Shown in pieces: positions 24,884-36,934 of a stretch of 64,000 nt of DNA. A program made the position numbers and the translations under genes. The DNA is from Laetmonice hystrix (lineage: Eukaryota): the NCBI GenBank assembly GCA_965235115.1, contig OZ249440.1, forward strand, positions 32,490,001-32,554,000. Reading direction: 5' to 3'. Every line of letters begins with the position of its first letter. The stretch's first letter is position 1. Below the pieces are notes generated by a model. That model was given only the letters and a program-made list of their open reading frames with translations. It did no database searches and had not been told where the DNA came from.

Positions 24884-25926
24884 CTGGAAGGGTGGCAAAC
24901 AGCTGCCATTGGTCTCCTTGCTATAGTTCAAACGATCTCAACAGTCGATAGAGGCGCTAGATGATATTCAGAATGGGCGGGGTGACATTCAGAGTTATTA
25001 GATATTAGAGGCTAACTTAGATCAAATCCGATGCCCAAGTCCCCCCCACCTTGCCCCCAACAATAAGCACGCTATGTGTACACCTACAATCATTGCTTTT
25101 AGCTGCCTCCCCCTATAACTTTACCCTTTACCGTGCACTACTATCTGGTCCCCGACTGCAATCGCCAATCTTGCGGCCCATTACCTCACACTTAACTAGT
25201 GATGCACTGACTTATCCATCCTCCCCTGCTCAGGGTAGAACCGCTGCCAGTGATTCACCCCCTCCCACCCTGCCCGCCTATTCTCAGAAACGCGTAGCTC
25301 GCAGCGCCATCTGTTTTCCACCTGCTACATTACCCCGTAGCCCAATCAGATTACAGCACTGCCTGGGGCGCGATTAATAAAAATTAGCGTGCATAGTAAA
25401 AGATAGCCAGTGCCAGCACTAGCAACACCGACCGCAAGGAGAGATCCACATGTCCAACAATGAAAACTCCCCAGAAGTAAGGTTTTGCAGAGCTGTCATC
25501 TCATGACAGCTCCCTGCAGTGCACCTTTAAAGTTCACAAAAGAGAAACCTTTCCTTTATAGATTCTAAATACAATACAAAAAGAACCCCAAATAAAATAA
25601 GACTTCGCAGAAGTCATAGCCCCTAGCATAATACTGATCAATGGTATTTTCAATATTGGTATACTGATCAATATTAAAGTGTATATATTACGACGAGGGC
25701 TACTTTATTGATAGTTTATCTTTATGGCATGATAATGAATTTCCCCTTAGTTTAAATCTCTCAATGTGCATACTTTCTAATAAAAACGCGTGAATATAGA
25801 GAGCCGTCAAATATCGGGCCGATTCACCCGGTTAATTGACCTTTGAACTCATGACGTCACGAAAGGTGAAGCCTCGGGCCACTCCCAGCCACACAGGCCT
25901 GAGAGAAGGTACAAGTTCACACATAT

Positions 25927-26064
25927 CAGGGGCGTAGACAAGTGCCGTGAAGTGGTAAAATCTGGGGGGCTGAAGAGTGTGCTAGAAACAACCTGGGGCA
26001 CAAAGGTTATAGGTTATTATAGGCCACCCTTAAAAATCGCGGCCCCCCCTGGTCTACGCCCATG
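25927..26064. mobile_element. hAT5-like MITE
   Basis: CAGGGGCGTAGAC / GTCTACGCCCATG termini; 5-bp TSD CATAT. Confidence 0.78.
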
Positions 26065-29000
26065 CATATATAGAATCGGTTGGAGAGAACTTGCGTGTCA
26101 TCGGATGATGAACTCAGTGATGTTGGACTTCTGTGTATCGAGGGGAATGGGGATCACCGTTTGATTCAATGAAACTTGTATGTACTAGATAGGCTATAGC
26201 CTCTCACATAGGCCGTGTGTACGGCCTATCGTCTAGCGAACGGGCTACGAGAACAAACGTTCTACACAGAATGAATGTGCTAGCGCACCTCTTCCATCAC
26301 TTCAAATAAAAGATTGCCTTTACCTTCAGCTACTGAGCCCAATGAACTTACTTGGTGTTCCTCTAAGCAACAGATTCGGCCCATTTTCCAAACCAAGCGA
26401 CCACTTTCCATAGTCTTACAACCGGCGCCATTTTTTTAAACCCACATCCGGGGTCAAGCTCACGAAGGGAGCAGTCATTTCAGACGTTGGCTATTTGTTT
26501 GGCGCCATAATGGAGGAATTGCTGTTTGGTCTAGAATAATGAATGCTCCCCTGCTGGTCGCCAGTGTGCATGTTTTGAACATGCGCAGTAGAACAAACAG
26601 TATGGCGGCTAACGGCAGTGAACCAGCGCGATTCGGAATTTCGAAAGTCTGATTTATTAAAACTTTGGGCAAAAATCCTCGGAAAAGTGTGCAGCAGAGG
26701 AACAGAAGATGGGCTGCGTTAGAATTGACACCTCAACTGGCAGTAGTTACGATGGATTTTGCACAGCGAGTGATTGACATAGGTCCCGTGGGCCGTCCCT
26801 TTCGTGACGTATCGAGCGATTATAGCGTCAGAACGGCCTGAAGTTTCTAGGTCACGTTAGGCGTGCAATTTTAGCACTTTCGGTTGGGAATAAATTCTTA
26901 CTCTGGTAAGTAAATATATTAAAAACACACAGAGAGGTGTCTTATAATATGAGATAGGCTTTCCCGTTGCCAAAAAGGTGTTTTATTCCCGTAATATATA
27001 CACTTTAATTTTTTGATCCCTTCCTCTCCAATTCATACAAGGCGAAACATAAGGATTAAGGGTCCTACATGTCCGGCGTAGGCCTGGGTGCGTGGGGGCG
27101 TGATTGCGAGGGGCTAAGATATAAAATTTAGCAAATTTTTAATATGGTCTAGGCCTGCTTAAACAAGTAGCCTACCAATTGCCTACATTCACCGTTTTTG
27201 GCGTTGTCTCTATGCCTAATTTAAAAGGAACCGGTTACCTAAGTAGGCCTAATAAAATAGGCCTATGCCCCAAAATTCTCTGTATAGTGCACATGCTTTT
27301 GTTTATTCCCAAAATGGCTTCTACCAGGCGAGAGACAACCATAGGCGCCAGAAGCATAGGGGGGGAAATAATCTGGTTGGGGGCATCACCCCCCAATAAT
27401 CTGTGATCATGAATGAAAAACGGCAGGTTTTTCCACATACAGTAGGCCTGTTGAAACCATGACTTAGTTGCGTCAAAGACTGGGTCGATTGTCCTAAAAC
27501 ATAAAAAACCCTGCCTCAAAATGGTGTAGAAAAGCGTTTTAGGGTGTGTAGTTTTCAACATTTTCTCGGGAAGGGCCTCCGACCCTGCTTTACTAAACAT
27601 GTTGTAGCCTATCACTTTCGTTTCAGCTCTCTTGCCCCCCCCCCCCCCCCCCCCCGCCCCCAATAATAATTTGCTTCCGGCGCCCCGGGAGACCACTGGC
27701 CAGCCCTATTACCTGACTTGATTTTTAAGGTCAAGGCCAAAAGTAAAGTGCCAATGAAGTGTGTAATAGGGCATAGACTCCCTATGTACGCATTTCAAGT
27801 CTATAGGCATATACTTATCATGGGACATTGCTGAATTTCAGACCTTTTAAAGAGATAATGACAGGCCATGACCTGATTTGACCTTTCAATGTCAACGACG
27901 ACCCGGACGAGGGTAATTCGCATTACCCTTGTCAAAATGGCGACCAGCGACCACACGCTTTCGAAAAGTTTTCCCCATTTTTCTGCCATTTAGAGTTCTC
28001 TGAATGACCTCGAAAGTAGCTGGAATGTGAGGAAAGATATGCTTAATGTGCACAATACACTGTCTTTTCGTAGCTGTTGGTAAATGCCGAAAAAATACCC
28101 TGTAAAGTTCGATTCTGAGACAAGGGTAATTGGGGAGGGAAGACGAGGGTAGCCAAAACAAACCAAGCTGTATGACGAGGGTAATCGAATGTTGTCACAA
28201 GGGCTACCAACTGCATTACCTCGATGTTTAGATAAAAAAATGTAATTTATTCTTTGCATTTAAATAGGTAAATGTCACTCTATCGGGCATATATATGGGG
28301 GCCAATTTACACACCCTGTTGGGTTCCCAGATGGAATAATTGTTTTGACTGTGGCTTCATTGGGTGAGGTCAAGTCTCGGATTGTTTACCGTAGGGTAAT
28401 TATAACCCCAGTTCAGGGTTTCCGCCAGAATTAGGGTACGGACCAGAGGAGGGGTTAGGGTTAGGGTTAACAACTTAACCTAACCCTAACCGTAACTGCT
28501 GTTACAAATATGTGAATTAATCAAATAAAGACTGCATTACTGTACAACATTATGTTTAGGGTACTGAGCTTACTCTGGGATAATTAAATTTGACCACCTT
28601 AATCCCATGATGAAGTAAAGTGACAGTGCCCCCCCCCCCCCCCCAATAATAATTTGCTTCCGGGGCCCCTGGAGACAACTGGCCAGCCCTATTACCTGAC
28701 TTGATTTTTAAGGTCAAGGCCAAAAATAAAGTGCCAAATGAAGTGTGTAATAGGGCATAGACTCCCTATGTACGCATTTCAAGTCTATAGGCATATACTT
28801 ATCATGGGACATCAGGCATCATCAGGAAGTTTTTATCACTTCATGGAAAAATGGTTACTCAACGATTTTGAGGGTACGGATCCGAACCCTGGAAAAATTT
28901 TAGGGCACTGCGCTTACTCTGGGATAATTAAATTTGAGCACCTCAACCCCATAATGAAGTAAAGTGACAGATAACCTCAGGATTACCCCCCCCCCAAAAA

Positions 29001-30256
29001 AAAAAAAGTAACTGTGAGATTACCAGAAAATTACCCCAAAATAACTACAATGGTGTGAAATTGTCAGCCCTAGGTGTCTGTGAGAAGGTTCCCCACTGAA
29101 TGCTGGACTCCTTTCGAAGAGTTGCTGCCTTTCCTCAGCTGCAGCAGCGACCAAAATTGTCGTGAAAACCATAGCTGACTTACTTTTCTGACTAGAATCT
29201 TTTACCCAAGATTTGAATTCTTCCTCGATATACAGTACTGTGAGTTAACCTTTTAGGAATAAAGGAAATCTGTCCGAAAATTGAAATAAACGCAGACAAT
29301 TCAACAAAACTTGAGTAAAAACAATTCCCGAATGACTGATCCCGAGTTAATTCTGAGTGTACCCTGCGGTGGTCTGTACCCTCGTTTAGAAGTCAAATCT
29401 TTGGTATTACTGGGGGTTAGAATTACCCTAGGGTAAACAAGACTTTACCCCGCGTTTTTCGTTTTTCACGCCAATTTTGATCGCTGGTGCAGCTGAAGAA
29501 AGGCAGCAAAACTTTGAAAGGAGGGCAGCATTCAGAAAGATCTCACACCATAGAAGTTATGTTGGAGCAATTCTCTAGTAATCTGACAGTTACTTGGGGG
29601 TAATTTGACACTTTACTTCATTATGGAGTTAGTGTGGTTAAATTAACCTAGAGTAATCTCAACTTTAACTCAATCAAATTTTACTTGATACTTGACCTCA
29701 CCCAATGCCATTGTCCATTTCATAAAAAAAATCGCCACAGCTTCCGGGCCTAGGCGGCCCCTCAACCCTCGCCTGGAGTGCTGTGAGTGTAGCCCCCCCC
29801 CCCCCCCCCCCCCCCCACAATCTTGCTACTGGCGTGCCTTGCCGTTCTGATCACCGTGGTAAAAATGATTTGTATGTGTGCTATTTTTGCACCAAGTCAT
29901 CTGGCCAACCAGAGGACATCTTACACCATCACATCATCCACATTCTTCTAAGTACTGTTCTCCTTGAAACATAAAGCAGAGGAAATACAGTAACCAGTGC
30001 CGGATCCTTGATTTTTTTCAACGGGGGGGGGGGGGGAGGGGCAGGGGGTTGCAGCCATCTAGTCGGCCTATCAGTGTTTTGCTGCTGTTCTCTTTTAATA
30101 TTATTATTTTGTTTTTGGATATTGGTTTTGGGATTTGGGATATTACCATTTTATATTCCAGATATATATATATATATCCATATACTGGATCTGGCCCTGA
30201 TAACGGTTGGCGCCAGCACTGACCGGGACCTGCAGTCACCCACTGCCGCAAGTACG

Positions 30257-30778
30257 TAGCTCTCACACTTGCACGTAGTCAGCGCCGTAGTGTGCCGTAA
30301 TCATTACGTGAGACTTTCGTGACAGTTATGAGGGGTTAGTACATAGTACTACGTAATCTCTATGTAATCACATGTAACACTACGTAATCTCACGTAATGC
30401 TACGTAGATATCTTGAGATTGGTGAGATATTTTGTAGCGTCGTTTTTTTTTGTAACTGCAGTAAGTTTACATGGCATTACGTGAGACATTTCGTAGGATT
30501 ACGTACGGCTACATGAGAATACTTAGTGCCATGTCTACGTAATACTAATACGTAATACTACGTAATCTCACGTAATCTCACGTAATGCTACGTACAATGG
30601 CTACGTAATCCAGAAAATTTTGAACATGTTGAAAACCTCACGTATTCTCACGTATTGCCCCTCGCCTCCCGTACGCTCACGTAATGCTCACATAATGCTC
30701 AAGTACTCACCTCCCGTAATCCCACGTATTAATGTTACGTGAGATTACGGTGTCGACTACATGCAAGTGTGAGAGCTA
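30257..30778. mobile_element. MITE with TACGTA-rich interior
   Basis: TIR TAGCTCTCACACTTGCA. Confidence 0.8.
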
Positions 30779-31363
30779 CTTGCTTGGCCAGCTGCTCTGT
30801 ATGACCGTGACTGCTAATCTGTGCCGTGACTGCCGCGGGCTGAGCAAGTGTACTAAATAACCTACGGTTTAGCTATCTTAAATTGAATTTTATAAAACCA
30901 GACTTACACTATAGATCTAGGCTTTACTTACGTTATCAGTGTACTTAATTGCAAACTGCAATCAAACTAGACTCTATCGGTGTGCGGATCTATCATGGCA
31001 ACACACCGACAAGTGGTCTGCCTGCGGGACTCGCTGAGTGAGAGGCCCGGTCATGCCGGCTCCCTGCCCGCACAGCAGTACGTACAGTACGGTGGAATTA
31101 TGGGGCTAACTCCGGCTGGTGTAGGGCCTCCCTAAACCGGGATACCTAAAATACAGCCCGAATCTAGCTGGGTCAATAACTAATTAAAATTATGTACATG
31201 TGTAATACGAGGAGCCTGTAAACCAAACTAAATCTGGTTTATTACCAAGAAATCCCCACAAACAGGACACTTCAATGTGAGAATTACCCTCGTCAGATAC
31301 TGGAATTACCCTTCGTCATGCACAACAGCTACTAATTACCCTCGTCTCAGAATCGAACTTTAC

Positions 31364-31802
31364 TAGCCTGGTCCCCGCGCCTACCATACGCATCCGCTTG
31401 ATGTTAGGCCCGGTGATGGCTAACAGAAAGCTGTAAAACGGAAGTGGTGGTCTCCAAGCACTTCCGCCTCGGAGCTAATCACTTCCGCCTCCGGCGTTAA
31501 CAGAGTGATCGACTTCTGCTTGGAGCGTGGCCGGGAGTGGCCAACATGCGACTGCGTATGCAGACCGTTGCAGGTGTGGGGACTGGTGACGCTATGTTTA
31601 CATCCAGAAAAGCGAGGACATTTAACACTTGTATTTTAAAGGGATTGACGAAAATATTTGTGTCTTGTTGGAGAAATACGGGGGGTACGGAACTATACCT
31701 CGTTTGCGTCCATGTTTTCGATGGGCCAATCACAACGCTTGCTTCGATTGGCCTACGCCAGGCTCTATATACGAAGTTAATATAGAGCTGGGGACCCGGC
31801 TA
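31364..31802. mobile_element. TAG...CTA element (Academ-like)
   Basis: TAGCCTGGTCCC / GGGACCCGGCTA termini; perfect 10-bp TSD CGAACTTTAC. Confidence 0.85.
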
Positions 31803-33409
31803 CGAACTTTACAGGCTATTTTCTCGGCATTTACCAACAGCTACGAAAAGACAGCGTATTGTCCACATTAAGTAGGTACATCTTTCCTCCCATTCCAGCT
31901 ACTTTGGAGGTCATTCAGAGAACTATAAATGGGAGAAAAATGGGGAAAACTTTTCGAAGCGTGTGGTCACTGGTCGCCATTTTGACGAGGGTAATGCGAA
32001 TTACCCTCGTCCGGTAGTCCACAGTGTATATCATATTATAAGACACCTCTGTATGTGTTGTTAATATATTAACTTACCAACGTTAAGAAGTTATTGCCAA
32101 CCAAAACTAAAGTGCTAAAATTGCACGCCTAACGTGACCCAGAATTTTAGGCCGTTCTGGCTCTAATCGCTCGAGACGTCACGAAAGAGACGGCCCACGG
32201 GGCCTAGCCCCTCTGAAAGCATCCTAGATTGACAGTCGTGGTACCGAAGAAAGTGTGAGAACAAAGTAAAATGGGCAACACGTGTGTCGTCCAGTTGTTT
32301 TAGACTGCACTCGGAGATATAACTTCCGTTCATTCTTTGCCAAGTCGGGCTAAAAACCCGAACATTCGACAGCAGTGCTAAGTGGGTATCCAGTCACTGT
32401 GAGCGGCATGATTTTGATGGAACCATCGAATAACCATCGATGGAACATTAACATTTTATTACAAAATCCGTATCCAAATCTGCCCTAGGCCTATGGCTAA
32501 GTAAATTACCGTATTAACGCCCATTTAGGTAAATTGGCTGATTCATTTTTCTTCTTCAAACGTTCCCCTTTAATGCTTTATACCAGAAATTTATATTTGC
32601 ACATACAACGCCGAAGGAGCAGGTGTCAATAATGCACTACTTCCTGGCTCTATGGGAAATGACGTTTCACTCAGTGCCTCGCTACACACCTCCATTTGGC
32701 CGTGTATCTGGTTGCCAAACATGGCCGCTATTCCACCCGAGGGTATATTCGAATAGCAGGAAGTGACGTCATATGCCCAAGGGAGTCCCGAATGACAAAA
32801 GCCTAGATCCACTGCAACATTTCGGTTGTGTTTGCTGGCGGTTTTTGACGGCCGACGGCGGCGCGTTTTTACCGTCACATAAACGCTGAGCAGACGCTAC
32901 GCAGGTCATTTTCAGCAGATCCACCAACGTTCACTGACAGCTAGCTGGCGGTATGCTTGGTAGTAATATTTTGCATCACGACCAATCAGCGTGCAGCTTG
33001 AATTTCGTGCATGATGTGGAAATAACAGCAGAGGCCTAGATCTTTGGTTCAAAAATAATTAAGATTTTTCTTAAGACTTATCAAGTATAAAGATCATATA
33101 AAGTAAGAAAAAAGGTACTGATGATGCAGGTATGCAGACTTGCTACTCGCCGCAAGCAACCGCCAACTCACCGCCGATATTAAAATGAGTTGATATCAGT
33201 GGTTCTGACGTCAGGTGCACGCCAAACAACGTCACCTGCCGTGAAGCAGCCGTCGCTCTCCCGCAATATCAGATCCACAGCAGCGTCTGTCCGACGGCCG
33301 TCTGACGGTCGAGTCGTCCGTCTGACGACCGTCGCGAAAACGCGATATTACCGCCGCTTCTCCTCACTTCAGCCAGGCCTTACAGGCTACAACCAAATCT
33401 TTACGACTA

Positions 33410-33949
33410 AAGCAGGCCTCTCTGTCACACGGGGGCGGTTTCAAAGGTGGTCCAGCACGATTTTGAACCGTGCTGCGACCCTATGACATCGCCAAGACAC
33501 CTTGAGGGTGTTCGCCATTGACCGCCACGTCATTTTTGAAACCGTGGAATTTTAAAACTGTTTGAAAATTTCACGGCGGTTCTCAAAACCGTGCATCTCT
33601 GACTTGCTGCCTCGTTGCTACCTTGTTGTCACCTTTCACAACCCTTCAGAACCGTGGAAGTAGGTGGCAACAAGGTGACAACTAGGTGTCTGGTAGGTCA
33701 AAACACGGTTCTGAGGGAGTTGTGTTGCGGCTCACTACGGCTAAAGCATGGTTGACAAATGTATAGCGGTATAGCGGAAAAGCGTGGTAATCTTGACATT
33801 CATTGAGCGCGGACAACCGCATCACCACCTTCTACACACCGTATTTTAACCTAAGAATTTGGGTTCCACCGCTGTCATTTTGGGCGGTTCACCACGGTTT
33901 TTAACCGTGCTGAACCGCCTTCAAAACCGCCCCCGTGGGAGGCCTGCTT
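33410..33949. mobile_element. MITE
   Basis: TIR AAGCAGGCCTC..GGGGCGGTTT; TA-flanked. Confidence 0.75.
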
Positions 33950-34124
33950 TACGCTAGTTAACGTTATAGACTAGTGACAGTCAGATATCAAGCTTTATAT
34001 GTGTAAGTATATCGTAGACTATAGTTTATGTACTGACTAGGCTGGCTATACCAGGTTATATTATATAATATGTCAGATCCGGCATCCAATCTTGTCAGTT
34101 GGACAAGGCTCGACGCTGACGGGC

Positions 34125-34286
34125 CAGTGGCGTACCCAGAAACTGGACCCAGGGGGGTGCTGGAAGTAACCAACGTCGTAGGCGCTGCAAATTTGGAGGG
34201 GGCTGTGGGCAAGAAACAAGCGCAAAAAAAAGGCAAATTGAGGGGGTGCTTGAGCCCCAAGAACCATACCCCCGGGTACGCTACTG
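34125..34286. mobile_element. hAT5-like MITE
   Basis: CAGTGGCGTACCC / GGGTACGCTACTG termini; 5-bp TSD CGGGC. Confidence 0.8.
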
Positions 34287-34536
34287 CGGGCGGCTGATTT
34301 CCAACGCCACCGGGGGCCAATTTTCGATCGACACCAGTCTGCTCTATGACTTTCCGAAGCTGACTTTACCTAGGACAGATCACGTCTATGGTAGATCGTA
34401 AAGATGGATATGGGCCTACCGTTTTTAAAATAGGCTGTACAATTACAGTCTATAGACTATCTAGTACATACAAGTTTCAGTGAATCAAACGGTGATCCCC
34501 ATTCCTCTCCGAATGCCCTAGGCCTAGCCTAGACTC

Positions 34537-34882
34537 TAAAGCCCCCGTCACACTTTCCCGGATCCTGCGCCGGGTTTTGCCGGATCAGGGCTACGGGCAC
34601 ATCCGGCTTGATCCATGGTCCGATCCGGCGTGATCCGAGAGTCTACCGATCCATAGCGGCCTTATGTACCCATACGGAGTAGAACCGGGAAGCTATCCGT
34701 AACAATCCTTCTCAACCCATAACAATTTAAGATCGTAACCGCTACTGGAGCCATATCAACCGGTCTGGATACAGAGTTTCACGCATCATCGCCTTTCCAG
34801 GTCACGGAAGCTGCCGGATCGCCTTGTGCTACGGATCATTCCAAACCATCACGTGATCCGGGAAAGTGTGGCGGGGACTTTA
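34537..34882. mobile_element. MITE
   Basis: TIR TAAAGCCCCCGTCACACTTTCCCGGATC. Confidence 0.8.
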
Positions 34883-35196
34883 CTAGAACCTTCGTTCTCG
34901 GCCTCGCTGTCCACCAGATCGTCTCGAAAAGGATCTAAAAATCTCCTCGATACACAGAAGTCCAACATCACTTAGTTCTCTCCAACCGATTTTATAGATG
35001 TGAACTTCTAACTTCACTCGGGCCTGTGTGGCTGGGAGTGGCCCAAGGCTTCCCCTTTCGTGTCGTCACGAGTTCAAAGTTCAATATTAACCGGGTCAAT
35101 CGGCCTGATATTTGACGGCTCTGGATATCCACACGTTTTATTTGAAAGTATGCACATTGAGAGATTTAAACTAAGGGGAAATGCATTATCCTGCCA

Positions 35197-35572
35197 CAGT
35201 GGCGTAGGAAGCGGGTGGTCGAGGGGGAGGGCATGGCCCCCCCACTTGCAAAACTGGGGGGCATCATATGTTTTGCCCCCCCCCCTTTTTCCTTCCCCTT
35301 GACTTTTGCCATTGGAAGTCTATGGAGAAGGAGGGTATTTTCTCACAAAATTCTTGAAAATTCAATTTTGACATGTCATCTCAGACCTTATATTGTGCTC
35401 TAAGATGCACCAAATGCCACCAAATTTTCGGGGGGCATGCCCCGGACCCCCCTAGCATGGCTTCGCGACTTTGGCGCTCGCCCAGTCCCCCCGCCAAACT
35501 GTAATCCCCCTCGAAAAATCCTGTGCATGGCCCTCTTGGCCCCCCACTTTTAAAGTGCTTCCTATCCCTCTG
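35197..35572. mobile_element. hAT5-like MITE
   Basis: CAGTGGCGTAGGAAGC / GCTTCCTATCCCTCTG termini; 5-bp TSD TGCCA. Confidence 0.75.
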
Positions 35573-36030
35573 TGCCATAAAGATAAACTATCAATGAAGT
35601 AGCCCTCGTCGTAACATACACTGTAAGATGCCAAATTATACGTCATATGACTTCCTATTCGTGTTTAATAGTAACCTTATGCCTAACATGCACGTGTTTT
35701 GAGATATAGACCAGAATAGCTTTGCTCAGGGGTCAACAGAACAAATATGGCCGCCATTAGGTCAAATTTGGTTCAAACTGAAAATAAACGAAACCATGCA
35801 TTGCCCTGAGAACGGTGGAGTAAGTACTAAGATATGCCCTGAAATGCGGCCAAGCAGCCATATTGGAAGATATCAAGAAATCCTTCGACGTGCATCATGC
35901 CACGAAGGTACCTGATCTAGTATTAAAGTATGAAAAGGACTGGAACATGTGTTTTTGAGATATCGCTGTCTACGGACGGACGGCGCGAAGGACTGACGGA
36001 CGCAGCGACATATGGCGTGACATACTGATA

Positions 36031-36334
36031 AGCTGGCTTTCCATATGTACGTAGTCCATCAAATCACTGTCTATAATGACGTGTGCTTTTGGAAAGCCCT
36101 CTCTGGGTTGAGGAATCCCCAAGAATATTGCATGGTGATGATGAATTTGACGTCCGTCAAATCATAGTGGTCCGCAAAATACGCATCAGGTAGCGATTTA
36201 ATCGGAGACGTATGACGGATGACGGACATATGGTAAGGGCATAATAACTTCAGCATGGACGCATATTACTATTTTTTGCGGATGTCGGATGACGGGTGAC
36301 GGATCTGAAAAACGTACATTATGGAAAGCCAGCT
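36031..36334. mobile_element. MITE
   Basis: TIR AGCTGGCTTTCCATA. Confidence 0.75.
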
Positions 36335-36424
36335 TTAGACAGCGCGACAGACGGACAGAGGGTGAATCTGAAGCCCTTGGTTGGGTGCTAAATATACGCT
36401 GGGATAAGGTGAAAAAGATTATAC

Positions 36425-36506
36425 CTCCAGATAAAGTACCAGCCCGCCACCAGAATGCCGAAGACAAGGATGCCCAGAGTAACGCCGATGATGATCGTGT
36501 CTCGTT
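36425..36506 (-). CDS. Receptor guanylyl cyclase, exon E (transmembrane helix)
   Basis: ttctttcag|...|gtataa; 82 nt, phase 1/2; E-RDTIIIGVTLGILVFGILVAGWYFIW-R, a hydrophobic helix. Confidence 0.9.
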
Positions 36507-36934
36507 CTGAAAGAATCAATAGTTGTATATGATCTCGATTGGGATTTACACAACCTCACCCATTCAGCTTAATTATTAATTTGGTTTTTAGCACCACCTG
36601 CCGAAAAACTTTTCCATTGACTGAAAACTTATGCCCCATTCACACTAGAGCCGAGAACTTTATTTTCTTTTAATACATTCATTCATTCATTCATTCATTC
36701 ATGATTTGCCGTCTTTTTTTCAACAGTTATTGAAATTCTTAAAATAAATACTGCCTTAACGATCATTCTAGAATTAACACCATATACAGAACACCCAAAA
36801 TGCGCATACATGTAGGTCATATAGATTTGTCAGGAGTACGTGCTGCATGTCTGGGTCTGAGGGTAAAATAGGGAAGAGTTATGTCAGTGTATAGGGCATA
36901 TATGTCTTGGTCTGTGAATGTCCGGGATAAAGTG

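Larger units (their letters stand above)
27903..32014. mobile_element. Inverted-repeat element, nested in 26782-32204
   Basis: TIR CCGGACGAGGGTAATTCGCATTACCC; about 230-bp arms, the right arm split by 31364-31802. Confidence 0.75.
26782..32204. mobile_element. TA-flanked element with ~180-bp inverted arms, nested in 25678-35622
   Basis: GGTCCCGTGGGCCGTC / GACGGCCCACGGGGCC termini; 26782-26955 is inverted at 32030-32204. Confidence 0.75.
25678..35622. mobile_element. Kolobok-like element inflated to about 10 kb by nested insertions
   Basis: TTAA|AGTGTATATATTACGACGAGGG ... CCCTCGTCGTAACATACACT|GTAA; arms 25678-26195 and 34450-35622 are inverted repeats. Confidence 0.7.

Noticed and set aside
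32271..32390. THAP-like start MGNTCVV...SVHSLPSRAKNPNIRQQ
   Set aside because: In-frame stops and too short; at most a decayed transposon fragment.
35625..36360. Helentron-associated (HINE/DINE-like) element suggested by GGAC repeats; similar regions at about 49030-50500 and 62030-62530
   Set aside because: Sub-TIRs, 3' stem-loop and boundaries could not be defined by eye.
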